Source of the DNA: Schizochytrium sp. TIO01
Lineage: Eukaryota > Protista > Bigyra: Labyrinthulomycetes
Assembly (NCBI GenBank): GCA_004764695.1
Contig: SMSO01000031.1
Span: 4,068,436-4,132,435 of the forward strand
DNA: 64,000 nt
Reading direction: 5' to 3'
The position numbers were made by a program, and so were the translations under genes. Shown here piece by piece: positions 10,804 to 25,165 of this stretch; within the stretch, counting starts at the first letter, position 1; every line of letters starts with the position of its first letter. The notes under the pieces were generated by a model. That model had not been told where the DNA came from and ran no database searches. It saw only the letters and a list, made by a program, of their open reading frames with translations.

Positions 10804-11929
10804 GGTTAGCTTACGATACATGGATCAATGGGTCTAATTATTGTTTGAGCCAACCGAATTCTGCACCTTGTTAATGTATATGTCTGCGTGAAAAGGGTCA
10901 TCCGTTGACGACATATATAGACAGGTACAATATCGTGCAGTTCTGCTCGACATTCTGACCTGCTTTATCTATCATCAGATTTAGAATTACACACACTACA
11001 CTCTTGCCTGTATTCTTTTCGTACGGCAAGCTGAAAGATGGAAGAAGGCGGGAATTTATTCGCTCCAACTGTTCCCTCTCTTCTTTCTTCTTTCCTACTT
11101 TTTGTTTTTTGCTCAGTGCCCTTCCTTATCACCGCACGCTGGCCTCACATATAATGTGACATCTTCTTTTTCAATAAAAGGAAAGGAGATGTCGAAGAGG
11201 AGAATCCATCAATTATTTCTCCTTTTTTCCAGTCTGCGACATGGTTTGGCGCTTGTAAGAAATAAAAAAACACACACACAAAACACAACCAAACACACAC
11301 CAAAGTTGTACTGACCAGTCAAGGAGTTTGTATGACCTAAATATCAAACATGGAGAAAATTACAGTCGTCCTAAATCCAGGCTGTCTCTCTGATCTTTGA
11401 TATTGGGGCTAGATCTTCTAAGCTGCTGTAGGTTAGCTTTGCTTTTATGCGTACGCACAGAATACGTGAAGCCTCTAGAGTTCGGATGAAAGCTCTATAT
11501 CTGCGTGGGTCCTGTTGTACTCCGTTTGCATGTATATTCTCTTCTTTTGAACCTTGTTCTATTTCATTGCACGTTTGTGCGTAAAATGGACTGAGTGAGC
11601 TCAAGAAGATGTTTTGATTACATACGGAAGGTAGTTCATTGGAATCCTCGTGTTTGTTTTCATTCAGTATTTTATGAGGCCACTCCGTATTTAACCGGGG
11701 GCAAGTGGGGGGTGGAAGGAGTTTGGCTCAAGTCTTGTTCCTGCAGTGGGAAGAATATCTCCTATCATATCGCTGATCCAAGAAGATCATTTTCCTTGGG
11801 CAGGCTCTGGTCCTGGTGCCTAGGGATTACAAGCGATTTGAAAGTTGGCTGAGTGGTTGATTTATTCTGTTCTACCAGGTTGCAAGTAATGCCCAAGCGT
11901 TCTTCTTTCTCCCTCTTTACCTCATCAGC

Positions 11930-12600
11930 TCGCAACATACACACTACACTTCTCTGTTTGGATCAGGGAAGCATTACACACCACATCCCTTTCAAAGATG
12001 AAAAATCAACACAAACAAAATTTATAAGTAAAAGGAGGACTGGAAGCATCTGGCCTTCAGGAACTCCATCCTTCAGCATAATTGCTTTTGACATATGACA
12101 CACACTCTTGTAGCGAAGTCCGGTGGTCCACTGAACCTCATGAGTAGTGACCTCGACTGGTAATTCCTTCTCATGGCATGCATCCATCAGACAGTGCTCA
12201 TGAAACACCCTGTTGGACAACCACTTGGCTATGAGACAGACACACAAACAATGTTTGATGAAACACATATCCACAATCATTACTACTCACACTGTATAAA
12301 GACACACACACAGCATGCATCCAAGGTATGCATAGGCTTATTCCATGGCCAGTTCTTGCTGCAAAGCCAAGCAGATAAATTTTCGGGTGAACTTCTCGAC
12401 CTGATTCCTTGAAAAATCCCCAGACATGAGCTCTATCTACATCATATGAGATTGACTGCGTAACACAGGTTTCGAGTTCGCATAATGCCAGGAAATCCGT
12501 CTGGCTTATTGTGCTTGTTGTCTTGTGTGTGTTCTGCTAGAATCTCATTCAATGGTGTGGGAAATGTCGAATCCTTAGGCTTGTTGAACATCTATCTATT
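11930..12600 (-). pseudogene. Possible degenerate coding relic (identity unresolved)
   Basis: Broken minus-strand frames give CGYVFHQ / HCL...IAKWLSNR (RING-H2-like) and LKDGVPEG. Strong local CpG depletion with CA/TG excess. Confidence 0.25.
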
Positions 12601-13096
12601 ATCATCACGCTTGCCTTGACTTGCGTATTCCTTGATCCTAATTCAAGTCCAGGTTTTATCTTGCACGGCCAGAATATTGTATTATTTTATTCTGAGTTAT
12701 TGCATATGGGATTGTCTGCAAACATAATGCTTGAATTCTCCTCGTGTGACTTTAGCTCTTGTTCTCAAAGCTTGCCTTTGTTAATTAAATAGGGAAAAAA
12801 AACAAACGATAACTTGCTCCACACAAACCCGGTGCTCCCGGCATATATATTTTCGTTTTTTCTTGGTCCTCTTCACTAGGTACAGTACACAAAACAGAAG
12901 ATCGACGAGTATGGATTGCTCGCATGTGCCGTGTTTTCAATTTAAATATTACGATTCCTTTCCCGGGAGTGAGTGCTGCAGTGAATGCCCTGGAATAGAA
13001 ACGTGTTCCAAAGGATTTGAAACCTCGCCCTTACAAAGAAAAAACATCCATATAAGTGATGCCCTCCCTTTCGTGTAAATGTGTGCATCTCTAGAA

Positions 13097-14296
13097 TTAA
13101 TCTTCATTTGTAGTGGATTTTGTGGGCTCCAGAATTTTCTCGCCGAACCGCTGCAGTAAGAGCAGCGTCGCGCTCTTGATCGCCATGAAGGCGGTATGAG
13201 CACAGAAAAGAATGCCTACTGTAAACATTGTTCGGGAAAAAGTCTCGTTGGTATGCGTAGCAAGTGATGCTCCAATAAAGAGAACGTTAGGGTTTTCAAA
13301 AAAGAATGCAGACAAATCTACATGTTGACGTATGCGCCAGTATTGCTGGTCAATGAGCCGGGCTAGATGCACAAATGCTCCTGTAGCACTTACAACGGCA
13401 AGGCCTGCTAGATGGAATTCTACAAACTCCTTATAGCGCCCAAGGTAACGGTGCGTAGCTCGTCGCAAAGGCTGACTCATGCGATCCAAAACGACTTCAT
13501 GAGTGCCTGTAGCGTGAAGAATGTGCGCCGTAATATGCACAGCAATTATGAGTACGATCGCAGCAACAAATGTGCAAACATGATCACTTGCAGCAAATTC
13601 GATGTATTTGGCAACCTTTGTTCGCGCAAACAAATACTTGAAGCCACATTGTGGGCACTTGTAAAATGCAGAGCTTGATGGAGAGTTTAAGCGCCATTGG
13701 TTGAGACATTCTATATGCACGTATTGCATTGTACCGCGGCAAAGGCACGGTGAGATGAGTCGGCTTTGCCAAAATCCATCCTCCTCCTGATCTTGAAAGC
13801 AAATCCGACATGTTTTATTTGTGTCGCTGCTTCTGCTCTCTTCTATGCCTGAGTCTCGATTGGCAGTGTCAGTATTCCTTTCTGGTGCATTCCTTGGAGT
13901 ATCGTTGCTTTCAAATGGGTTCTCTGGAGGTTCTTCGCCGGTCGGTGTGGCGTTTCCTTGCAGATTGAGTGAAGAGTGCTGTTGTGCCAGGTTTTGCTGA
14001 TAAGGGCGCTTCGGAACAACCAAGAACACAGAGCTGTTAGAGACGATGTCTATGGAGTCCAGCACACCCAGCACACGACCTTGGTGCACAATTCTCGCTT
14101 CAGGCCACCCAAATTCATCAAGTGCTGCTCTTTGCAAATCCAGAAGAGATACCGTGGGTGCTTCGCAAGCAATGGTGGCTCGCAGATCCCCAGTTACGGA
14201 CCTCATCGTGAGCCAAAACTGAGGCTGGTCTCGAAGAAAGTCTTCGTCTTCTTCATCTTTTCCTTCTAGTTCGCTACCAACGCGTCGACGACGCAT
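13097..14296 (-). CDS. Membrane RING-CH (RINGv/MARCH-type) E3 ubiquitin ligase with an N-terminal ubiquitin-like domain
   Basis: C4HC3 RINGv CRIC...SPCLCRGTMQYVHIECLNQW...CPQC. N-terminal UBL-like ARIVHQGRVL...VFLVV. Several C-terminal hydrophobic helices. Confidence 0.88.
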   Translation of the reverse strand: MRRRRVGSELEGKDEEDEDFLRDQPQFWLTMRSVTGDLRATIACEAPTVSLLDLQRAALDEFGWPEARIVHQGRVLGVLDSIDIVSNSSVFLVVPKRPYQQNLAQQHSSLNLQGNATPTGEEPPENPFESNDTPRNAPERNTDTANRDSGIEESRSSDTNKTCRICFQDQEEDGFWQSRLISPCLCRGTMQYVHIECLNQWRLNSPSSSAFYKCPQCGFKYLFARTKVAKYIEFAASDHVCTFVAAIVLIIAVHITAHILHATGTHEVVLDRMSQPLRRATHRYLGRYKEFVEFHLAGLAVVSATGAFVHLARLIDQQYWRIRQHVDLSAFFFENPNVLFIGASLATHTNETFSRTMFTVGILFCAHTAFMAIKSATLLLLQRFGEKILEPTKSTTNED

Positions 14297-14805
14297 GGTT
14301 CACTTTTACTGGCCTGTCAGCCCAATCTTAAACTTTGATCACTGCTGCTCCTGCTCCTCCTCCTCCTTCTTTAACTGTTGCTTTTACTGCTATCTCAGGA
14401 GGATATCTTAAAAGAAATTAAAAAAGCATCTTCTTGGTAGCCTAGAGGCTAGATTAATCTCCAGCTATTTTCGTCAGTAGGAGCATGCGAAGCTATGTGT
14501 AGCTTTCTATACCATGTTCGCGAGGGGCCCTTCCTTAGTCACCACTTTGTAGCTTTTCAGCTTTTCAGCTCTTCAGTATTTGGCCCATTTCGCGGCCATA
14601 TCACATTCCCGCAAACCAGAGATAAATCGCCTTGCCTAGCCACCAGAGGCTGCTCTTATCCGCCCTTCGACCCTGCAGAAAGAAACTCAAGTAAAGACAA
14701 TCCTTCACGGGATGAATAAATAAAATCACTCCTGCAACGAAGAAATCACCGCGTATGTCCAAGCTTGTGTGGTGCTTTGCCCTCCGTTACTGTGAGTGAC
14801 AAGGC

Positions 14806-14835
14806 CAAGTGCAGACTGCGCAAGTGCAGACTGCG
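14806..14835. repeat. 15-bp perfect tandem duplication
   Basis: caagtgcagactgcg x2. Confidence 0.9.
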
Positions 14836-17800
14836 CATGCGAATCGTGGTAATCCCTGAAGAGGGTAATAAATTTGCCAGGAAAAGTCTCATGCACCAGA
14901 CCTTGGCTGTCGAGCTAAAACGAACAGCGTGCACGAGGTGTTGAAGGACCTGGACTCATCGTTGATGAACTCAGTCAAGGTTGGTGGAGGTACTTACAAT
15001 GAAGCATCCTTGTCAGCATCATTCAACTGACAGCTAGCTATCCAAAATCAGACAAAATGTAGGAACCTGAAACCTTCGTCTGTCGCAAGTGAATTGGTTA
15101 GTCCCTAGGCACCTAGGGACGTACTGCGCCAGTTCACAAGATCTTGGAGAGAGCTCCCGCACGGGCAGCACAGCATTACCAGTGATTGGTCACCGTGGCA
15201 CACCTCTGTTGTAAACTTGACTTTGAACAACGCAAATACATTAAATGAACAATTGAATAAATGAAGCAAATGAAGAAATGAAGCAAACGAATAAAGGAAT
15301 AAAGGTAATGAAGGAAATGAAAAGCTCCCTCTGCATAGTAGAAGGTCTCAGCAGTTCTGCCAACTTCTATCCCACCACCACACAGCCAACTGAAAGCATA
15401 AGGGCGTAGGGAAGGGCCAGGTCGGCAAGCAGCGCGAGCAAGACCACACAACTGTCAGCCTCTGTGCTTGCGCGGCCTCGTGCTATATACGCGATTGATC
15501 TGATCGTGGATTCCTTCTGCTTTGTTTGTTAATGATAATAACAATAACAATAACAATAACTACGAGTCATGATAAAGCCTGAGTATCCCTTCAACCAAAC
15601 AACCTGGAGATAGAAACCCTCGCAGCTCGAGGAGCTGGATGTCGCAAAGGATAGGGGTTGGAGTCCTGGGCGCTCAGCCTGCAGCGCAAGAGACTGCGGT
15701 GGTGCTGGTAAGAGCGGCTTGAGTAGGCAGCGGGGCGCAGCCGGCCGGCGCGGAAGGAGGCGACATCCATCACTCCTTCATCGGTAGATCCGCGGATACG
15801 GCTTTCTAATGAAGAATAAATACCGTCATCACTTAAAATACAATTTAATATAAACAAAAGTTTTTCAAAAGGTTTTGATAAGTTTTTGAAACCTCGTCAT
15901 TAAAAAACAATTAAAAACATTTATTGTTTTAAATAATTTTAAAGATACTTTTTATTTATTCAATCGAAAACATTCTGGCGTGAGTATTAAAAAAAGAAAA
16001 GAAAAAAGATTTGTTATTTAAAAAGAATATATGCATTTGGTATTACTTCGCAAAGCAAAAGAACTAATAAAAACAGATGCATATATATAGTTTTCAATTC
16101 CGTTTAACGCAAGTCATTCATACGTAAGCGGCTGAAGAAAGAAGGCCGGCACTCAGCCGAAACAAGGCAGAGCGTAAAATCCCTCTGTGAGGAGCAGTAA
16201 TTCAGCAAGTGCGTTCGTTATCATCCCATCGCAGTAAGCACCAGAATAGTCATCAGTCATTCAGAGGAGCGGATCGTAGTCACAGCTCGAATACAAACCT
16301 CAGAAGCAAGCCCCTCACAATCACAAGCAGCTGTATCAGTATACTTCTCTCTCCCCTTTCTCTCCCCGCTTTCCCATGGGGCCAAGAATCGATCGCAGCT
16401 TGTGAGGAGAGGCTGAGTTCTTGCCGCCCCTCTCGGAGAAACCTGCCTCCTGGAAGCGCAGTCCCTGAGGCCCGAGTGGGGAGGCTGCGCAGGCCCGAGC
16501 TACAGGATTTCCCGAGAGCAGGCGGGGCAGGATTTCCAGGAAGAGCGTCCTCTCTTGTGAGGGGCGCCGTGGGATGTAGATATGAGAGGCGCAGAGAGAA
16601 GAAACTCCGGTCTGGTCGTGACTGCCGCTGAGAGGTCAGGCAGCTCAGGCCTGGGAAAGTCCGGCGACCGCCCTGGTTTCTTGGCTGCGGGTCCCCCTGA
16701 AAAGGCTGGAGCGCTTTAGCTGCGAAGTAGTAGCTTTCCTCCAAAGCTTGTTTGCTTTGGTGCGAAAGCTAGAGCTTTCCGGCCTGCTCCCCGTCAGAAA
16801 GCTATTAGCTTGGGGCCAGCCCTCTCATCCGCGTGATCAGCGGACGCACAGCAGCCACAAGGAGGGCTAGCCTAGGGAAAACTTTGCCTCCCTGAAGTTG
16901 CTCTTTCGTGCACTTTCTCGGACCTAGAACAGAATGGAGTGGAAGCAGCGACGAACTCACCTTTTTTGTTTGTCTTCCGTTTCTCCCCTTCTTTTAAAAA
17001 TTAATTTTGAAAAGTACTTAGTGCTCTGGATAAACAGATAAATAAATGAAATAAAACCAGAAAACTCTAGCTGGAGAAAACGACTGCGAGATAACTGAAG
17101 GAAATCCATCCATCCATCCATCCGTCCATCCATCAATTAATTAATTACCCAATCGACCTAGACATCGATCCATCCCTTCGCATTACATCTCTTCGGTACG
17201 TATACTGCATTCCTTCACGCTCGCTCCCTCGCCGCCCCGCCCTAACAATCGCTCACACTCCTCGCTCGCTCGCTCTGCTCAAGAAACGAAGCCAATCGAT
17301 AGAAATGAGGTATTTATTACACAATAACTCAACGTAGCAGCTGCCAAAACCAAGAAGCGACAACGAGCAAGCTTCTTCGCCCTCCCAGCGAACGGGTTGG
17401 CTAGGCAGCCGCCTGATTGCAGTGCTCACAGGCAACGAGGCAATGAATAAATGAATGAATGAATGAATGAATGAATGAATGAGGTTGATTGATTGCTCAA
17501 GGGAGGACAGCGAAGGAGCGAAGGAGAAGAAAGCAAGCAAGCAAACGAAAAACTGAGGAACACTTTGCCTGCTTCTTTCTTTTGTGTTCGAAGTGGTGGT
17601 GCACTTGCACTTGCACTTGCTAGCATGCTTGCTTGTGCCTGCTGGTACAAAGAGGAGCTGAAGGAAGTCGTCAGCAAGTGAAATAAGATAGGATCAAAAC
17701 CTGCCAATCGATCTTTCATCTTTTTTTGTTTGTTTGTTTATCTCTCATCATTGATACCGACTGCTTCAAGGCGGCTTTTTTGCTTCCGGAGAAAACGGAT

Positions 17801-18959
17801 TGCATATGGGGTTTCTTTCTTCTTTCTTTCTTACTTACTTTCTTTCTTTCTTTCTTTCTTCTATTGTGTACGTACCATCTTTATATACGATTGAAGAGGA
17901 AAAGTAGCAATGAAAAGAAAAGAAAAGAAAAGAGTAGAAACGAAAAGAAGTTTCTCCGGTACTGATGAAAGCAACTGAGGAGCTTCGCCTCGAACCAGAA
18001 GAACTCACGTCCGAGCAGGCCTGCTTTGTGTTCCTCCCGCGGGCCAAAGCCTTCTGCGCCCACCCCTCCAGCTCCCGCTCGCGCCCTCGCTCCGCGCAGA
18101 ATCCTCTGCCACGAGCAAGCTAAAGCAGCGTGCTCTCTCGCTCGCTCGCTCGCCCGCTTGCTTGCTTGTTTCTTCTGCTTCAGATGGAGCCCTTTCCTTT
18201 GTGAATTAGTTCACTTCTTCAATCTCATCGATGAATAAGCCCAAACAAACATACAGACTTAAATCTTTTCCCTTTTCCCCTTTTTCAATTGTTTTTTAAA
18301 CTTTAAAAAATAAGATTTTTTATTTTTTTTTAAATATATATATATAAATATTGTATTTAGAAAAGATTGAGAACAGCATCGTTTAAAGAATAACACAAAA
18401 AGGGGGATAGAAAGAAGTCAATCATCGAAATCAGATCAAAGCTCAGAAGAAGAAGAATATGAAGAAATTGCAATGACAATCAGTCAGTCAAACAAACAAT
18501 TGATACACATCTCTCTCTCTCTCCTCGCCTGAATCACAAAGCAGCGAGAGCTCGCTCACTCCTCAGGCAGCCCAGCCACCAGCCACGCTTCCCCGCCGCC
18601 CACTCGGTCAGTCAGTCAGTCAGTCAGTCAGAAGGTGGGCAGGCAGAGCACAAACGAACCAAGCGGCCCCGGGCCCTCTCCATCTCTCCACGCCCTGCCC
18701 TGCCTGCTCTGCGGCAGCCTCGCCAGCGGGCCCTCTCTCCCTCCCTCTCACGCCAGCGAGCGAGGTCCCCAAGGCGATCAATCAAGACATCAACATATCA
18801 ATCAATCAAGCCATCAATACATCAATTTATACATCAAGACCTCAATTTATGCATCAATACATCAATACGTCAATCAATACATTAATCATACATCAGTTGA
18901 TTATTTCCATCCAACTCCGCGTTCCTGCGTGCGACTGACTGTTCCTTGGACCGAAGAGG

Positions 18960-19013
18960 CACTCACTCACTCACTCACTCACTCACTCACTCACTCACTC
19001 ACTCACTCACTCA
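18960..19013. repeat. (CACT)n microsatellite
   Basis: Direct inspection. Confidence 0.93.
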
Positions 19014-21731
19014 CGCATCACTTCCTGTCGGTCGGCTTCCAAGTTTTTAGTTTGTTTGTCAACAAATCCATCGATGGAAAGCCTCCGAGAGCAGGGAAAC
19101 GGAGAGGACGGAGCTTCTGCTTTCTTTCTCCTCAAAGGCCGCGAGGAACTTTCACAAGTTTGGGGAAACATATTGAAGAAGTCCAATGGATTTCACTGCG
19201 CACCTAAACCAGACCAATAAAATAATAAAATAATAAAATACTGAAATAATAAGAAAACAGCAAAAGCAATAACAGTAATAATAAAAGTAACAAACAGTAG
19301 CACAGATGTATATATAAATAATATACCGGCTAATTCCATGTTTTAGAGCAAGTAAGGAGTGCTGATGACTGCTTCCGTGTAGGAGATGCTACAAATTGAG
19401 ACGAGACTTGTAAGTTTCGAAGTGAATAGCTTCTTGCAAGCTCTGCAGAGCGCCTCTCCTCTTAGGGTCGGCACACACACAGTGGATTCAAAGCTACGGC
19501 GTCTGCTTCGAGGCGTATAACACCGCTGGAGGCCAGACTTCTTGGGTCTCAGTCTGCCAAGTCGGGCCAAGCAGAAGCACCAGCACAGGCAGCTTGAGCC
19601 CTGCCTGCCTGCCCGCCTGCCCGCCTGCCTGCTTGAGAAAGCCCGCGGAGGAGGACGAGGAGGAGGAGGAGAGAGACGATTCGCGCTTTGCAGGACCAAG
19701 TCTTGGATGTTATGAGGGAGGAGGTGCGTACGAATGCGCTCCGTTGCAACGTCGTGAACTACGAGATTGGAAATGAACACGTGAGTGAGTGAGTGAGTGA
19801 GTGAGTGAGTAAGTGAATGGGTGAATGAATTAATTAATGAATGAATACCCAGCTACGGGGAAGTAAGCAGCGCCACGAGCAAAAGGATGTACGCCTCCTC
19901 GAGATCGCTCGAGCTCGAGCTTGGGTCTGCGCGCCCTTGAAGGTAAGCGATGGGTTTGGCGAACAGCTTGGCCTGGGCGGATAAACTTGCGAAGCTAGTG
20001 AGTGCTGCCAGTTAGTTAGCTGGTGATGGCTCAGAAACCAGCGCCACGAAGGAGGCCAGCACAAGCCTGAACACAAAGCCTGAGCTGCCATCTCCATTTC
20101 GCCATAACGTCACAACGCCCAACCTGTGCATTCTGGGCGAGACAACAGGCACGGGATGCCTTGAACGCAGCTCCTGTTTGTTTGCCAACCAGGCGACCTG
20201 CAGCCAGAACATTGATCAACAAACACAGATTCCTGCGGACGAACGAGCGCTGCAGTGCGTTGACCAGCCAGGGTCTCGTCTCCTTCGTTCGTTTCCTGCG
20301 CCTGCGATGTTGTGCGCCCACATCAGTCAATCAATCAGCCAGCAATGCTGCTGCTGCTGCTGCGGCTGCTGTCGCTGTTGCTGTGCCTTGTGAGTGAGTT
20401 GATTCCCAAGTCATTCAATCATGGCCATCGAAAGGAGGTCCTCCTCCGTCCTGGCCAGCACCAGATGGAGCAGGTGATGCCAGCTGCAGCGAGGCTTCTC
20501 CATCTCTGCGAAACCGAAGCCATCATCAGCCACAGATTCGCTCTTCTTCTGGTGCTTCTTGCCGCGCTCCGCCCTAAGTTAGCACTCGCGTGCGTGAGGA
20601 GAACAGCCGCAGATGAGGGCGAGCTAGCTCAGGTGATCCTGCTTCCCGCTGATCAGTTCTCTCTCTCTCTCTCTCTCTCTCTCCTTGTCTGCCTGTCCGA
20701 GGGCCTGAGAGCCTGAGAACCTGAGAGCCCGGCTGTCGCGAGCGGGTTGGCGCCGCGGCATACATAGTGTCACAGCCGCTCACCAGTCGAGCCTTGGCCG
20801 TTCCTGTGAACCGTCAGTCAGCAATCTCTCACAAATTGGTGCAGGAAACTAGCTAGTTTTTGGTGCTGGTACTCCTCGGTTTCTGTGTTATTTGCTATTT
20901 TTTAGTATTAGTAGTATTATTATTTGTTTTAAAACGAGAGGTTTTCAACCGGTTTTAAAATAAAAATTAGTTGCATCATATTTAGTAAAGAGATATATAT
21001 TATAATCTATAATATTATTATTAGTTAAACATTTTTTATCAAGACTTTTAATACAAAAATATAAAGTAAATTGTAAAATGGTTTTATCTATTATGAGAAA
21101 AGCACAATTTCTCCCCATTCCTTACCTTACCTTTCCTTTCCTTTCCTTTTTTTTTTTTTTTTTTTTAATTTTAATTTTATTTTTAATTTATTTAAATTTA
21201 TTTAAATAAAAAACATATTTTAAATAAATTAAAACTTTTAAATTACAAATACTACTACCAAAAGCAACTACTTAATTCATCGTCTCATTCATCACGACTA
21301 GCGCCGCAACTAGCCCTCCTCCTAAGCATGAAGGGCAGGGAAGGAATTAAAAAAAAAGTCTACAGCTCTGGACCATCTATATAGCCGAGGCGCGGCATTT
21401 CTCCTAAGAGGACGCCTCCCAGTGTGCGAGGGGTCCTCGAAGAGACACTGACGCGGCGTCTCTAGCGCGCTGCTAGGCGAGCGAGCGAAGAAGCGCAAAG
21501 GCAGCTGAAGGCAAAGAAGCTGACTGCGCCGGCAGCCCAAGCTAACAGCAGCAAAGGAATACAAAGGCCACAAAGAAAGCGCCTTCGCCTTGTCATGACT
21601 CTGTGCGGCGGTGCCCAAGCAGCCAGGGTAACTGCAGATATCCGGGGGTCGAGGAGCCCTGAGAGGAAAGAGCTGCGAGGGCACGCGAGAAGATCAACAG
21701 AGGCGGGGATGAGAACGAAAGAAAAATAAAA

Positions 21732-21796
21732 GAATGAATGAATGAGTGAATGAATGAGTGAATGAATGAGTGAATGAATGAATGAATGAATGAATG
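21732..21796. repeat. (GAAT/GAGT)n microsatellite
   Basis: Direct inspection. Confidence 0.9.
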
Positions 21797-23336
21797 GACG
21801 TGAATGCCGCGCTTCACCGTAGTAGCAGCTAGCCTTCTCTTTGTTTCTTTCTACCTCTTTTATATTAGAATTTAATTTAGAATTAAATTCTGTGAGAGTA
21901 TGTATGTCGAAAATGAATTACGGAATAGTATTAAAAAAGAAAATTAAATTAATAAAATTAAAAATATATAAATTATAAATCAAAGTGAATGAAGTTTCAA
22001 ATGGCAGATATCTATCTGTTATATCTGTCTGTCTGTGAAAAGTGATCTGTTTTCCAATCTTATTTCTGCACCAAATACGTTTTATATAAAATAGAATGGC
22101 ATATTTGAAGAAGACGAAGGGGCGCAGAAAAGAAGAAGGAGCCGCAGCAGAAAAAAGAGGCCTGGTTTCTGGCTGCATAGGATCCACTGGAGAACGACGT
22201 GGGAGGATGAGATGCGAACGTAGGCGCCTATGGCCTGCTACCGCTGCAAAGTCTTTCGCTCGGGCAGAAGCATTTCTTTCCGCCTGCTCCACGGCCCAGT
22301 GGGGTGTTGAGGTGCTGGTCCCGAGCGAAGGAAGTTGAGGCCACATTTATCCATGTTCTAGGAGTACTTACCTACCTGCCTACCTACGTACCTTTTGACT
22401 TTCAGGCGAAAGAACTCGGACGAGGGTTTTTTATTACTATTACTATTACTTTTTCTTTTCTTTTCCTTTCTAGCGTTAAAAAGAAGGAGGATCAATGAAA
22501 AAAATAAAATGTTCAGGTTGTAGCTTTATAAATCGACTTGGTGATAGTAGTTTCTCCACTGCGCTTATAAAAGACGGTATAACAATAATACAGCGCTGTA
22601 AAGTCTTATTATATCTTATTGTAGCGCAGTAGGAGGCAGTAGGCACTACCCAATACCCGCCTGCGAAGAGGAGGAGGAGGAGGATCAAGTTCCTTGTGTT
22701 CCTTCTACGTGGCTCTACGTTGGGTTTGCAATAAGAACGGCGACACAGCGAAGGCTCAATTAGACGGAAGCTATAGCTAGCTAGCTTTATCTTCGCACTC
22801 CCAAACTAACCATTTACTCGCGGTGGAACTTTGATGAAATAATCATCAAAAGAAGAGAAGCTGGCGAGCTAGCTAGCCTAGCTAGCTCGCGACCTCGCGC
22901 TGAGTTCGTGGTGGCGGAGAAGCGCGCAGAGGCTGCTGAAGCCTTCGCTCAGTCTGCAAGCTGGTTGGTGGGCGAACCTGCACCGCCTAGCGCGGAAGGA
23001 ACTCAGTTCTCTTGTAGATCTGTTCTCTGAGTCTCCTCGAGAGAAGCTAATTTTGGCCAACACACAGCTAACCGCTCATATTTAGAGGTGCTGTGAATGA
23101 GTCAGAAAGGAAGTGAGTGAAGGAATGAAGGAATGAGTGAAGGAATGAAGGAATGAAGGGATTTGGTGAATAGGGTGAACTAGGTCCTTCCTGTATTTTC
23201 CTGTTTGGGCGTATGATGTTTTAAAACATGTTTAGAAGAACATACAAACAAATAGAAACTTTCATCTCATTTCTATAGAACATAAATAAGAACAGTCTAA
23301 TGAGTGCTTCGATCGATTTCGGCTGTGACGATCGTT

Positions 23337-23382
23337 CCTCTTCTTCTTCTTCTTCTTTTCCTTCTGCTGCTGCTGCTTCTGC

Positions 23383-23420
<38 letters not shown>
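23337..23420. repeat. (TTC)n-(CTG)n compound trinucleotide repeat
   Basis: Direct inspection. Confidence 0.9.
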
Positions 23421-23423
<3 letters not shown>

Positions 23424-24140
23424 GCCTCGTCTTCGCGTCTCCATGGCCAGCTAGCAGCCTAGCTCATCGCTCGAAGAAGAAGCTTGGAGCCAAGGAAGGA
23501 GAAGAATCAGAAGCGGGAGCTCTAGTAGAAAGGTGCCTACTACCCTCTCCTCCAACTAGGAGCTTGCTACTGGGCGCTATTGAACCAGTAGGTAGTGTGG
23601 GAGCCCTCGTGGACTATCTGTTGCACGTACTGTAAATGAATGAAGCCTCTGCAGATGTTAAAGAGAGAAGCATGAACCATCGTGCTTTCGTAGAATGTAT
23701 GTGCTACGTACTACCTCGAGGCCTATGCAGCCCAGCAGAAGAAGAATTAGCTGCGTGCTTACGAGGCAGAGGCTTTGTAGAGTAGTGCCCAGCTAAGCAG
23801 GCATAGCTAGGTAGCTACTCTACATTTTGTTTGTTTGTACTTTTCAAGTCATCAGGTTTCCCGTATTATGGCGTAGACATAAAGGTACTAGGACCCAAGG
23901 CAGATGCTTTATGGCTGGAGGAGCTTAGAGGGATCCTACTGGCTGCTACTGCCATTAGAGAGATGGCTAGCCGCGCCTAGCTGGAGGTGTAGCGAAGTGC
24001 ACCGCTAGGGAATAGGCTAGCAGTAGCGCTCTACCCATCGAGCTACAGTAGCTATCATATAGGCGCTATTAGGAGTGGAGAGAGAGACGAAGAAGGTGCC
24101 CACCAGCACGTACCTAGGGACGCTAGTGGCAGAGGAGGGA

Positions 24141-24154
24141 ATTGATTGATTGAC

Positions 24155-24232
<78 letters not shown>
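24141..24232. repeat. (ATTG)n microsatellite
   Basis: Direct inspection, about 22 units. Confidence 0.95.
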
Positions 24233-24234
<2 letters not shown>

Positions 24235-24901
24235 GCGAGAGGGACTATCTATCTCCGCAGAGCAGAGGCAGAGCGGAGAGAAAGAAGGCCTGCGCGAGAG
24301 ATACCTAGCTAGGTGGCAGCCGCAGTATCCTTAGCAATGCAGCGTCAAACAAACGACAACTCAAGGTTTTTGCGCATTTTCGAAGGACAAGCAAGCTCAA
24401 TGTCTTGATTTATTCTTTTATTCTCATATATATTATATATTATATAAATGTGAAAATTGTTTTTTAATTGTTTTTAACTTCTTTTTTTTTAATAAAGTAA
24501 AAAATAGTTTTCAAAAGGCACTAAAAGATAATGGTATGGTGGAAGAAAAGGGCCCTTTCTTCCTTCGCTTCCCTTTAAAAGCTTACACAGACTGCATATG
24601 CTGTGTACCTACCTGCCTGGATGCTTGTGTTCTCTCTCTGCTGGCTAGTGTGGTCTTCTTCGTTCAACTCGAGAGGCTTGGAATCCGCTAAGCGATGTCT
24701 GCCTCGGAAGAGAGCACCGTCGGCGGGTATCAAATCGAACGCAGGTAAGAAAGTACAGCTGGAGGCTCGACAGCAGCTTCGTGAACTTGAAGGAGCTGAG
24801 ACGAGCTTTCCTGGCGACTTCGAGTGAGGAAGGCAGGCTAGTCAGGTGGGTTGTAATGTACCTACCTACCTACCTCATTCAACTATGAAGTGCAAGAAAA
24901 G

Positions 24902-25103
<202 letters not shown>

Positions 25104-25121
25104 GAAAAAGTCGGATTGAGA

Positions 25122-25165
<44 letters not shown>

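Noticed and set aside
9172-10837. Multiple long antisense and alternative-frame ORFs over importin alpha
   Set aside because: Expected by-product of strong GC3 codon bias; no recognisable domains.
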